A DNA stretch of 57,590 nt, the filler included, from Sphacelaria rigidula (Eukaryota), in NCBI GenBank assembly GCA_964200075.2. It is 5 parts of 5 records of this genome, joined end to end, with 100 filler letters (N's around TTAATTAATTAA, not from the genome) between each part and the next. Parts side by side here need not be neighbours in the genome. Positions count along the whole stretch, not along the records: positions 1 to 11,439 come from CAXNAA020004920.1; positions 11,540 to 22,978 come from CAXNAA020004921.1; 3 more parts are not named here. One strand, written 5' to 3'. Shown piece by piece: positions 1 to 12,959 of this stretch. A model generated the notes under the pieces. The model worked only from the letters and a program-made list of their open reading frames with translations, had not been told where the DNA came from and did not search any database. Positions within the stretch are counted from its first letter, which is position 1; every line of letters begins with the position of its first letter. A program made the position numbers and the translations under genes.

Positions 1-72
1 GGGGGGGGCGTACTCATTCGTTGCTTGCCTTAGTCATTTGACCATTGACCACGCATCCCTTTCGAGACGGAG
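1..72 (+). repeat. Dispersed repeat fragment flanked by G tracts
   Basis: CTCATT..TGCTTGCCTTAGTCRTTTGACCATTGACCACGCATCCCTTTCGAGACGGAGCA recurs almost identically at ~13860-13922. Its start (GGGGGGCGTACTCATT...GTTGCTTGCCTT) also lies at the centre of the element at 37015-37468. Confidence 0.85.
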
Positions 73-3000
73 CAATAGGTCAGGGGGGGAGGGTTGTTTT
101 CGGGACGGGGGGAAGAGGTGGGGGGGAGTGCCCATTCGCAGAAAAGCCGTAAAGCTCACGAAGTCAGCCAAGTATGTTCGAAAGAGTCCAGAATCTCATT
201 TCCAGTCACCAAAAACGTTCCAGACGGGTGATGAACATTCTGATCAATCACAGCTATCAAAATGATGACATTGTTCTCCAGGTGGAGCGCAGGTACGGCA
301 CCTCTAGTGGAATTGTTGCAGAATCGAAGAGGTTGGACGGAAGAGAAACATTTCGATCGGATAAGTCAGCACAGATCGCCATATGTGTCCACGTCAATTC
401 AGGTTTATCCCTCAGATCTCGAGGGTAGTCCATCTGAACCATGCATACTTTTTTCAAGTTAAATTGATGCCGGTTCAACAGATATCCTACGCTGGTGATG
501 ATCAAAGGTCCAACACTTGGACGGCGAGAGGAGGTCACAGGTATAATCGGCGTCAATTTCACTAGGAAAAGGTATGCATGAACCATGAACTACTGTCGCG
601 GTCTTGTAGCTTGTTTCACCACTTTTTTACGATAAAAAAAGTGCGGTCGATTTTTTTTTTTTCTGATATGATAATTTCACCGCATTTCTGTTCTCACAAG
701 GCGTTAGCCCCAAAACATAATTAGTGGCGCGCGGGGGGGTACATATAAAAGGCAAACAGTAATCTGTCTCGATCAAAAACTTGTAGTCGAAAAGCACGAA
801 AAGGTGCTTGGCTCCCATCTTACAGACCACCACGCCAGATAACACCAGTTCACTGAACCGCGCAAACTCCATAGCTCATTCTCAGCCATCACCGCAACCC
901 TGCAGCATAGAGCACGAGTGAGCACAGGGAAAGATACACTGCGGTGGTTGGGTATTCCTTGTTTCTTTCCGTTGGCAGAAACATCTTCCATGGTAGAGGT
1001 CAGCGATGGAACGGCGTGGTAGGGTGGGCAACCGGATTGCGTCGCACTCATGGACAGTGCAGGCCGTATCAAGCTGCACACTGTATAGGTACACGCTGTA
1101 TAGGTTGTTCTTACGTCGCATGGTGAGCAGATTAAACACATGGTCCTGCGCTGTCTGTACTGCATGTTGCCCGGTTATTCTCCAGGTGTTCCTACTGTGC
1201 CCAACACGCACACACACACCCGCACACACTGCAAACAAGCAGTGCAGACAGTACAGCTTGTCTGTATTGTACACAACAGATCAAGTACTATTTCGCGAAT
1301 TTCACCGCCTTTCTTCGATCGAACGCTTGAAAATTCGCTTGGATCCAACATGACAAAAACAAGCGAATTTCGCTCATATCAATTCCATCGCACCTTGTAT
1401 TCGATCCAAAACAGTTATGCTAAGTCACGCCCTTATCCATCTGTATGAATTTCCGTATTCCACAGCACTTTTTCGATGGGCAATACACAAAAAAGGGTAC
1501 ACCCTGGTTCTCGTGGAACTGGAAAGGTTGACGCATTTTCCGGTTTGGGGTGCGCAGGCTGAATACCTCGACAGTACGTTCCGGCGCCTCAGCCCCACGC
1601 ACAAGGTGTCTGGGCAGTACGCCCGACTATTCTTTTTTGTTCTCACACATCGTACTACAACGCGTCAGCACTTGAGAATCGGGCAGTCGAGGATTTTATG
1701 CTGAAATTTCCGGTATTGAAATTTACAGGTGGGCATTTGTGTTACACGCGATACGGGAATGAGAACTGTAGTCGTTTGTGCCGAACTCGGTGAGAAATTG
1801 GATTGAAGCAGTTGTGTTGCAACTGCAGATAATGTAAGACGCGAACCTCAGCCAAAACAAAAGAATCTTGAGTACTGACGCGTACTGTAGGCTCGACTGT
1901 GACGGGGAAAAGCACAGCCGATGAGAGTACATTATGAACAAACGAGGAGGGTACACCCTGCTCTCTGCTAAAACTTATCCTTGCCCTCTTCCGTTCACGT
2001 GTGGACCATTATAATGTCCAAGTGCATACGGTACCCTTTTCCACCCTTTCTTGTGCAAGTGGTGGCCGTACCCCCGGCTCAGCAGAAGATACGCCGAAAA
2101 ATCACCACCATACCCATTTCTTGTGAATTAAACCTCGCCAAAAGACCAAAAACAACGAACGAGTGCCCTGCTGGATGGCCCGCAGGCTGGAAAGATCCGA
2201 CTATGAATCCAAGACGCGAATGCTCGTGTGCTGGAGCCCACAAAGATCCAACGAGCATGCGTAATGCCGTATGGAGCTGTGTTTGTATACTTTTATTTCA
2301 CCAGAGTAGCAGCATCAGCTACAGCTGCAGTAGTACGAAGACTACGGAAGAATATGAGACGAAGAGGCATGCGTGTTAAATCAAAACATGCTCGGAGTGT
2401 GCCAGCCTTGCCTGGGCACGCTGAGCGTTTCGTACCGTTGTACTCAGCCGCATGATGTATGTACAACGTAGTCGAGCAGCACAGACAGTAAAACAAGGGG
2501 GAGGTAGTTGAGGATATGTGACACGCGTGAATGATCAACATACGCTCAAGGTATGATAGTCCTGCACTGACAGTACCAGGACTGCTGCGAAAGCATGTGC
2601 CCACGAAAACTCGAAACTGCTCAGCGACGAGGTTCATAGTAACTCTGCGTGTACTCTACGCGAACTCAAAACCGGTCAGGGGTTTTTCCGTGACTACCTT
2701 TTATGTATATTTGCCCAACATCCTTTTGTTCTTAAAAAGACTTCGTTTAGTGAAGAGACAGCTTTTCGATCCCTCAATGTCGCGTCGTTTGTCTGGGTCC
2801 ATCTGAGGGGGGTCACAGGCAAATGGTATGAACTCATATCGTCATTTGGTTGAATCGCTCTTTGAAGAACTTCCTTCGAAACTTTTCGACCTGAAATAAC
2901 CCTGAGTCTGACCCTAACCACAGGCATACCGTCAATCCTCGGGCAAGGAGAGTACAGAGGGTGCTCTGGCAAAGTGTGAGGTGGCCGACTTGGACAGAAA

Positions 3001-6000
3001 CACATTCTGCTTACGCTACGGTAGGAGCACGTGGGACTATCGGTCCCACTGGAGATCCGAAGGTCAGTGTTCACACAAAAATCAAGTGATGATATTTCGT
3101 TAAAGTTTTCGTACGTCGGACAGATCATGGTCTGTTTGAGACAAGTGACCAAAGAAATCAATCGGATCCGTTGGTCCAAAAGCACAATATATTCTGTAGC
3201 GGCGGAGTCAGAAGAGCCAGGGCGCGACCTTGGCGCTACTCGGTGTGCTCGGCGTCCGGCGCTGTAAGGAGCAAATATGGAACAGGGGGGGCAAATGATG
3301 CGGATCATAGTCCAGATCAATATACTAAGAACAAGGAATTTCAGATGGATCGTGATCTGTCCGACGTGTGGAAAGTTTCATCCGATCAGGTGAATGGTGT
3401 GATATGTCACACCCTCGACAAAAAAATCAGCAGCATTAAGTGTACTCTGTAGAGAATCCAATTCATTCTCTATCGCGAAGTATTTACAAAAGGTAGCTAC
3501 TAAGCATTATCGGGTATTGTATACCCTGCACCCGTGCCGTCCAATGAGAAATTGAAACTATTCCGAAAAACTAAGCGTACAATTTCGGTGACAGCACCGC
3601 CACCACGCTATCTGTGCCTGATATCTTGGTGAACATGCGCCCAAACTAAAACCATGACAAGAACGCATGTGAAAACGTGTAAAACGCACACAGTCAGGTG
3701 TCGGAGTGTTTCAATCTGCCGAACAAGAGTACGTGCAGTAGGCTCGGGGATGGTACCGTAGGAAGGGGTGGGGGTGATGGTGTTCACCCCCTTGGGCTCC
3801 AGCCTCACGAACGACCTAAAGGGCGTCTTGCCGGCTGGTCGTCAGTGCAGAGAATAGCACACGTAATCATGACCAATCACGCCTTTTCAAAAGTCTCAAG
3901 AGAATGCATTCATTCAAGCATGCCTCATCAGTCACGGCCAGTACCACACCAGTATCACACACAGTGTTGTTCCGTTATCAGTAGTGTAGAGGCGGTATTT
4001 CGAAAGGTGAGGCGTTCAAACACAGCGCGCGTGGCGGCTGATGACACTGAAACTTCAATTATGTACAGGTTGAGGCCGCAGGAAGCTGTGCCTGAGGAGT
4101 ATCGGCGGCCCAAGGCTGTTTGTACGCTGCGCGGATGGGTTGAAACGACAACTTTTCACCGTGCTGCCTCTGCGCTTGAAAGCGTTTTTGCATTCGAAAG
4201 AGAAATATGAAAGGCATGATATCGATGCGGAGGCAGCGGCCAGCCTAGTTGTTCAGGTTGGACCGTCGACGCTACGCTCGCTAAAACACAGATAACAACC
4301 ACCAGTCAGGCTTCGTCATATCGTTGAGGCTGTTTGCCCTGAATGTTATACCCCATCTCGGACAAGATGTGGCCGTACAGCCGAGTTGAAGAGAACAATG
4401 TCTTATGTCAAGGACGGTCGTGAAGCCGTTTGGGAGGGGGACAGCGTCCTCTTCCAGACAGCACCAGAGATTGCGTGGGCGGCATCACGAGAGACTGGCC
4501 ACTACGGTGGCGGTTTCTGGTGTCTTCTAGTCCGGAGAATCAAAATCAAGCTGCGAAGTTTGTTGGGCGGGCTCCCACGTGGATATCTTGAGCCTTTTCG
4601 ACATGCACCTAACGGGACTTTTTGTGGAGTTTTGCCCACTTGATTCGCTCTCAAAGTGGGATCGAGAGCACTCGTCAGTTTTCATTGGTTAGTAGACGGA
4701 ATTTCAGCCCTGCCCAGGTGTGATTCACGTCGTTCAGTCAGTCCAGTCCTGCCGGCTCGAAGTACACAGTGTCAATTTCGTCACATTTCGCGTTGGATTA
4801 TACATATCTCGGATATCAAGCGCTTTTTTCGTACATCGTAAGATGCATCTCTTGCCATCCGAGCACCGCAGCCACCGGTCTGGTCTGTAGCTTCCAGCTC
4901 TCCGTGCTGATGTGGACATCTTTTATCCGAGGACGCGTGCCCCTTTCATCTCAAGACATTTCACGCTGTAGACATGACCGCTTCAATGGAACCTGCACAC
5001 TGGAAAAGAAAAAACAATCCCTGGAAGATCTCGTTGTCAAGGAACAGCAGTGTACAGCACAGAGAGAGGTAGCAAGGCGCAGCGCAGCACAGCATCGCGC
5101 CATACCGAACTGCACCATACAGTATCCATACGCCCATCTGTGGCTTTTCCTTCACCGCCAGACGTATCTCTCGGCTCGAAGTCAGGCCAACATCCACGTA
5201 TCTTGGGTTTTGATGGCCAAAAACGAACCTACGGTACAGCACACTACAGTGTATGTGCGGCATATGTATCATCGGAAGCCAGATGCACACTACCCTTGTG
5301 ACCAGTAGTTGCTGGCGGCCTTTGTTCCGAATCACCTTGCTACCGGCGGCACGAGTGGCAGCTTCTGTCATTGCTGAGCGTTGCAGTCATCGCGCACGCT
5401 CGGTGAATGTGATCCCTCAGCTGCTTGTGAGTAGTGGTACATTAACTCTTGGTTGTGTCTACGGAGGGGTAGCCCGCTTTGCCGCTTTGCGGAGAAGTTT
5501 CCGGGGTTTGTCTTCATCTGAAAACCAAACCTTACTGTTATTAGCCCATCAAATGTCGAAGTGTTTTGTATATTAATATCAAGTCAGGTATACCCCGGAA
5601 AGCGCCCACACCCCGATACAACATCCGTGTCTTGTTTGCACACTCTGGATTATGACAATGGGTTGCATTTTCGAAACGTGTACTGCGTACAGTATGGAAC
5701 CTATTTTCCATCCCAGTAGACGCAACAATCGATTTGGTACGCAGCACACGTGTTGACTCACTATCCTTCGTCCAGGGTATGCTTGTCTGTCTCTCTGTGT
5801 TGATACTTGATCACTATTTGGGGCATGTTCTTCCCGGGGCACGCTGTTACCATATAAACTAAAAATATACTGCCCGTTTGTTGTCACTGGCCGATACATT
5901 GCTCCACCCTTTGCTCACGTTGGTCTAGCACCACCCGGAGGTTGAAACAAATCACAATATCAACCCTACCTTCATGTACTACCAACACGGCGTGGGGCGC

Positions 6001-7348
6001 AAAGGGTGTGTAAGCTTTTCACTGCCGTTGTGTTTTCCAATGGTCACTCGTTTATGCCTTTTTAGTGTAGGTATCACCCAACCGCGGTATCCAACCACAA
6101 CCGTAATGCACGATCAGATGTTGATGGTAACTCGAACGCAAGCTTAGCCTACTGAACACAGGCAGTCTTTCGCAGACAAAAGAAGGAAGACGACAAACTG
6201 AATCCAGAGCTACACCCAAAATATCAAGCATTTGTTCAGTTTGCAGAAACCGTGCGAGACATGGCCATTCTCTTCCAGACAGAAGATTGAAGTGCTCACC
6301 TCCGGTCGCGTGTGTTTTGGTGTGGTGCGTATTGTAGTGCATTTATTTGCGCTGTGAACTGGACCAGTTTGTACATGCAGTTAAACTGGAACTGGAGTTC
6401 AGCTGGATCTGGTGATGAGGACTCCAGTTTATCCAGTTTATTTAAAGTTTGAAGTTTGCCGTTACCGGCTATGTTTATACCATTTTTAGTATGGTGATAT
6501 GATAAGAAAGATGATTACATGATTACGAACAAAATGACAGTAGAACTGGGGTCTGCACCTTACAACAGTACAGGTACAGCAGACAGTACAGTGCAGTACT
6601 CGTGGTCATTATACACCTCGAAGTGATATTGCGGATATATGCCAGTTTTTTCGTTTCATAGCACATCTGGAATCAAAAGTAGCAAAAAATGGTATCCCGC
6701 GACCACAAAGCACAAAATACACCGTGGCTTGCAATTCAACTGCATGCGTGCTTGTGGTTCCAGACGTGAATCATTTTTCACTCTTATTCCCGCGTGTTGC
6801 CAGCCTTGGCTTGTTTGCGTCTTCCTCTCCTCACGGAGAGTTTGCTGCTGCATGTTACAGATGGATGGTTTTCGAATCGCTCACCGCTTCGGATGGAATT
6901 TGGATTTCACCCGAGAGTGCCCCAAAAAACAATGCGAGACCCTACGCCCCTTTTTCGAATCCTGGAATTTTTTGGGGCGGGAGTATGGGGTCACTAAATC
7001 TCATACATGGGTAAAAAAAATATATATGATATAGATAATAAAACTACTAAAAACTACTTCATATATAAAAATCAAACTCTCGTGTTAATAGAGCTTTGAT
7101 TCTTCGCATACTTCGGAGCCAAGGCGAAGTTATATTTTTGGGTTTCGGTAATGCGTTGCACATCACACTTCCACGACAAGAACAAGACCAGATCATTACC
7201 ACAATGCTCTGCAATGCTTCTCAATCAAGCTAAACGTATCTATCTTCACCGTCAATTTGCGTCCAATGTGCGTCGCATCTTGTGGTAGCAGATAGGGCCA
7301 ACCATCACGGGCGCTACCTCACCCAAGTCGCCCCAAAATGGCTATTTA

Positions 7349-7580
7349 TAGAGCTCGGAAATGGTACCAGGTATAACTGGCCATTACCATTATAATGGTA
7401 ATAATGATAATGGTTGTATGGAAATTTTGGATAATAGTTTCAAACCATTATTTACCGTCACCGGCTTCATAAGCCGATACCGGCGACGTATGCTACATAC
7501 AGCCCTTGAAAATTGGCCCAAATTGAACGTATTTCTCACCTCTCGCGAAGCCAAATCATGTAAAAACGTGCCTCTCGCAT
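7349..7580 (+). mobile_element. One end of a DNA-transposon derivative, same family as 17562-18507
   Basis: Starts TAGAGCTCGGAAATGGTACC and matches the reverse complement of ~18355-18507, then of ~17728-17802. Confidence 0.75.
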
Positions 7581-7817
7581 GGATCTGTATTCGGCTTTCG
7601 AGTTGGTATGGATCTGTATTTGGCTCTGCGTAAGGGGCGGCTATGGAGGGCGGGGAGCACGTTTTATGAATACCAACCGCCTCCGCAGGTAGGTGCCAAT
7701 AAAGATTGACAGCGGCAACTGGCAGTGCCCTCGGTCCCTGCTAGCCGACATACCACGTTGCCGGTTTTCGAGCGCGGATATCTCTTCTACATCCATTTCT
7801 TCCGTTGTTCTCCCCAG

Positions 7818-10800
7818 GCGTTGAATGTACATACACGCTTCACTCGTGACGGCTGCAGACTCTCTTTATTTGTTTTCTCGAGAAACACGTGTTTGCTTCA
7901 ACATCTCACAGCCCATTTCAATGGAGTTCCTCTCGAGGTTGCTGTCCGGTTCATGAGTTACCTTACTAGCTGGCCGTGAGGTTACGCTTGCTGATAAATC
8001 GGCTTCACTTTCACCGGAAATATGCCGTGACCTAGAGCCAGCAAACAAACCACGAACGTTGGAGGTATTTCAACCTCGAAGTTCCGGGAATTTATGATGT
8101 AGATTACTGTGAGATATAGCCGGAGCGTCGAGTTCCAGATACCCTTGTTGCGTACAAGCTAGTCAGCTCTCACGATGTGTGCTATGTTTGGCTGTCAGCT
8201 GCAAAAATAGGGAATGGCTGCCAGCTGCTCAAAGAAAAAACATACACCTGTGGCTCTCAGCTGTCCGGGCAAACGTGTATTTGTGACTCCCTACCCCGTA
8301 TAGACCACCCAGCAACCCCCCTCCCTCCACCGCATGACGAAAACGAGGCAACCGTTTGTGTCGAGAAAAAGAGACAAGAACAGTAGGATGCGGGTGCATA
8401 TTTGAGTAAAGCTTGTCGACCGACCGCTAGTGGCGCGTATGGTGGTGGTTCGACAAGGTCAGACGATGGGGGCAATTGTGGGATCTCGCAGGGGTCGAGA
8501 GACAATGACTCTGCCGCCTTGCCGTGTCGACCGCTTGCGGCAACCCGTGTACCGGAGGCCGTCGAGACGGCAATCGCCAACATCGCGGTTCTGCAGGTAC
8601 ATGGGCTCTGCAAGGTCCCGCCGACCGGGGTGGCCATATGACAGTATAGGTGTTGTGGTCCCATTTATTCTTGACGTCGGTCTACTATGCACCTCTCGGT
8701 ATATGTGGGCGCAGCACCAGCCGGGGTCACACAGGAGGCAGGCCAACACGGAAGCTTCTATTTTTCGTTTGGTTTAGTTCTCCACCCTCCTTCTGCGGTG
8801 TCGACTTCTACTTATCATCGCGAGAGGTTTTAGCAGTCCCTTTCCCTCGTCGACCGTTAAGTCGAATATTGTGTACCCGCGACATGGTCGCTCTCCTTTG
8901 CTCTCCTCAACCACTGTTGGGCATTGTGTGAGGAAAATCCCAGATCGCTCCGAGACTCGAGCCCACGACCCAACCGTAAGACGGTTTCGAGGTTATCAAC
9001 TGAGTCACCGGGGCGACCGGCTGATAGGTATAGTGTACGCTTTGAGAAAGATCCAGACGCGATGTATGCGGGAGCCCGTGCAGACTGAAAACAGCATAAA
9101 AGGACGCCGCAGAAGTTCGCGTGCATGGCTACGGAGAGTTTTTCTACGAGTTTGATGTATATTTTGGCCAGAAAGTAAGGTACCTAAGGTGGCCACCGGT
9201 GCAGTGCCGCCCATCCACTTGACAGTATGAAATATATCTGGGCTGAACAGTACGACGGTAGAAAACGCGGGTCGACATGCGCCTTTTGGTACCCCTCTGG
9301 TCCCTGGTGCTGTGTTGCTTATACCCTGGACAATACAAAATGTTCCCATTTGATACCAACCATGTATGTTGGAGATATGGCAATTATATTTCTTTCAATA
9401 TATTTTGTGTTGAGATGTCCTCGGAGACATCGAAGCAACAATAATGTTTTCTCGTGTCATGATGGTGATGTTTTGCATAACATAACAAATTGTACATACA
9501 TTTGCTTCTGGAACAAAGCATTCAATATACATATTTCGTGACGGCCTTGTATGCGTTGAAGCGTCAGTATATTCTGAGTCGGAGCGATGCGTAGCATATC
9601 ATTGCCATAATACATATATCGCACAAAACTCATGCGAAAGTATAGTGTTTCCACCGTGTATCACACACGCGCGCCCACCGCATAGCTATCGTGCAGCCAA
9701 GACATATTTTGGACACGCTCGTGGAGGAATATATTGGGCGTGTTCGGCATCTAGTGATATATTCTTTAACGGCGCCCGCGGACACGAAACTGCCCACTAT
9801 ACTAATACTTGTACACTTTCAAATGTCTGATTTGAATCACCAATATATATATATATATATATATTGCTACACCAATATGTGTTGTGACGGTCGGTTTCCT
9901 CGTGTTTTGTCCTCCCAATAGATATTGGCCGCATTGACGCACGACATATCGGGGCGGCGATATATATTGGCGCTCCAGGTGTTGAGCATATTGAATCGTC
10001 AATATATATATATATTGATCTCGTGTGACAGCCAATATATTTTTCGACACATTTATATTGGCGCCTTACCGAACCACGTATTAATCGGCCAGTAGAGGTT
10101 GAGGTGGCGCGTGTCGTGATACATTGTTCGGTCGATACATGTCGAATGTCGCGCGCCTTGACATAGTATGGTACAGGGTGTGGATTTTCTCGTGTAGGAT
10201 CCGTCCTTGACGCTTGACAGTCGTAGGGTCGATATATATTGGGAAAAGAAGCAGGTCGTGCTCAGAACACGGTCCTCATTGATGTTTTCAGCATGACATG
10301 GAGTAAGTTCCTTGTTTATCAAGGGGTATTATCGACCGTCACTGATCCAAAAAACGCATTTTTCGGGTATAGCGCAATTAATAGGTACAAATTCGAAAAA
10401 CCAATCCTTTTTTTTGTTTGTGAAAACGATTGGAATGGCTTCAATCGAGCAAAAGTACCCAGGGGTCAGAAGCTGGGACTGGGTAATCTGGGTACTCCCG
10501 ATTTCAGGTCACCCCGTATATTGTAAATTGTTCAATAATGAGCACATGTGTGCTGTTTCTTCGAACTGTACAGGGGATGATGAGTGTACCCCGATCATCA
10601 AACTTCGGGACCACATGTTTGCTGGGATGAATGGTAACACATTGTAGTAACCCCGACTGCCAAAAAAACTACGAAAATGTGTTATTCCAGGCGTTGACTA
10701 CTCTAATCATGTGAGCGTGGAAAGGGTGATGAATGAATTGCGACCCTGTTCGCCGTCATGTGTGCGCATCCCCAGGTGCAACAAATAATTGCAAAAAAAA

Positions 10801-11247
10801 CAAATGGCAGGATGCGTTCACCATAGCATCAATGCACCAAGGAATACAGACAGCACCCACTGGAACTGAGAATAGCGAACACCATTTGCAAGATATCGAC
10901 GTTGCCTGGCTCACCCTACCACACCGAAGACATCAGACTCTTCTACCTTCACCACACATTACCACGTCCTTCAGTTTTGTACGGTCTCTAAACTGAGCCG
11001 GAAGTCGTAAAAATAGATTCCTCGAAAGCGGACAAAGGCTATTGCGCTCAAACAATGTTTCCGTGGGATCGAGAGTCTAGCATTGATTGAGATTGGGCTT
11101 CATCACTCGCTTCAACTCGACCGACGTTTCATTCTCTGGGTGCTTTTCCTTGCCTGCAACACTAGCGCGTGCTTACAGCTACACGTCGATATCCCACTCG
11201 GGGATATCGAAGGCTTCAGAAGCAAGCTACGAGCTGGGCCAGCCTAG
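7818..11247 (+). CDS. Tentative exons of an unknown multi-exon gene (3' part)
   Basis: Candidate AG/GT-bounded open exons: 7818-7975 (ALNVHTRF...VPLEVAVRFMSYLTSW, strong pyrimidine acceptor), 8387-8596 (DAGAYLSK...PEAVETAIANIAVLQ) and terminal 11179-11247 (LHVDIPLGDIEGFRSKLRAGPA*). The last two join in phase 0; the first does not join directly. Other candidates at 1558-1605 and ~4082-4256. No family recognised. Confidence 0.35.
8650..9020 (-). mobile_element. tRNA-derived SINE
   Basis: Minus strand has an A-box-like TGACTCAGTTGA and a B-box-like GGCTCGAGTCTC. The body (CGGTCGACGAGGGAA...CTCTCGCGAT...CCTCCTGTGTGACCCCGGCTG) is shared with 56744-57105. Confidence 0.75.
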
Positions 11248-11439
11248 AGGCGGATTTGAAGTTTGCAGGCCCCTGCTCTTTTATACATTTAGAGTTGGGC
11301 CCTGAAATTTGGTATGGACAGTGCATAGGGCATATATATATATTTTTTTTTTTCTGAAGTACCAAAAGTTTTTTTTTTTATGAGTTAGGCCGCTTCTTAT
11401 AATAGACAAAAATAAAAACCTGGAAAAGTGTCTTTTTGG

Positions 11440-11539
11440 NNNNNNNNNNNNNNNNNNNNNNNNNNNNNNNNNNNNNNNNNNNNTTAATTAATTAANNNNN
11501 NNNNNNNNNNNNNNNNNNNNNNNNNNNNNNNNNNNNNNN
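11440..11539. other. Artificial contig-joining spacer (44 N + TTAATTAATTAA + 44 N)
   Basis: The same 100-bp spacer, with stops in all six frames, recurs about every 11.54 kb. Confidence 0.97.
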
Positions 11540-12959
11540 TTCAACGACGATCTGACTCGAAATTTCGAGCAACAAATGCCCCAAAATACCCCCACCCCTA
11601 TCGTAGGATGGCTCGTAGGTATTGGGGGCATCATCACACCAAGGATGAATCCGCTCATCGCTCCCGCAGAGACCACATGTTCAGACAAGAACAGGGGTTA
11701 GTCCAGCCGAGGCCGAGGAGTCCAGATTGTTAACGACTCGCAGGTTGAAGTACGAGCGTCATACCTGTTGTAAACTTCAACCTCGTGATATACCAAGATC
11801 TCGAAATGCATGCACAAACGTGCAATATTTCCCAAACTACTATCGTAGTACACGGTGCATCCCTCGCAAGCTAAATGGGAGGGCAAGCAAGGAACCAGTC
11901 GTACACCGACCTTAACCGACCGCGCGGAATCTCTGAAAAGTTTCGATGCCGGTGCAGCACTGCACCTTAGTGTACTGCGTCATACTGTATCATGCCCTTA
12001 GCGCGGTGGAGCACAAACCATAGGTGTCACCCAACATCTTCACCACATGGCCGCAATCAGTGTAGCTGAGGCTCCCCTCCCCCCTCCCCCTCTCCAACCT
12101 CACCGATCACTTCTGCTTTGTCGCCGTGTATGCTGCCTTGTTGATTTCGGCTAAATAGGTGGAATTTGTCTAACTTGGCATATTCGACTTCCGTTCCTTC
12201 TTTAAGATAACTCACGCTTCATCACATCAATCAACGCTGGTCCCATTTCTCGACAGCAGCACCACGCCTCCTAGTCATCGGGAACGTTCCTACTGAAGTA
12301 TTGAACCAAGCACCCGTAGCTTCCACCTGGTTAGTTGAGTTGTACTATCATGATGTGCCGCACCTGCACGATGTGGTGTGGTGCTTAGTGATGGAGTATG
12401 ACGCCTCCTGCGGGCAACAACCCCACCCCCGTTCCACCGGCTAATGTATTCCGCCGAGTATCTCGACCCCTTGACAACCAGGTTGAGTCATCTGTTGAAC
12501 AGACATTATTTCCAGCTTATTCAAGGCTATATGATCCATACGACCCACCCTGGTGTTCGAAGCGATATATGCTGACTCTAATGCTACTATTTTGAGCTTG
12601 GAACTTGCTCGAGACTGAAGAGAGGGGCGTAATTAAGTGCCAGGGCCCGGAACACTGACAACATTTCAGTATCGACTTCCTTTCGATATTGGAAAAATTT
12701 CAATCTTGACAATATTTCAATCCTCCGCGCTCGTGCACACTTTTTAATGGGATGATAGGCAACTTCCCTTGACGAGACATTCGGCACGAGCCACCAGGGA
12801 AGATGACTGATGAAATATCTTCTGCCGAGATAGTAGGCAGTCGAGATTTTGTTTCTAAACCCACGCGTCTCCAATAGGATAAATCAAGACCTCGTAGTTA
12901 GGCCGCACATTCCACACTACGAGTGTTGCGATGATACCTCCCATTAATACCATACAATA

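Noticed and set aside
2694..3320. 208-aa ORF (also 28456-29202, 31227-31778 and 56874-57569)
   Set aside because: No recognisable motifs; each overlaps a repeat, SINE or low-quality region.
11484..11495. TTAATTAATTAA palindrome recurring about every 11.5 kb
   Set aside because: Synthetic six-frame-stop linker embedded in N runs, not biological periodicity.
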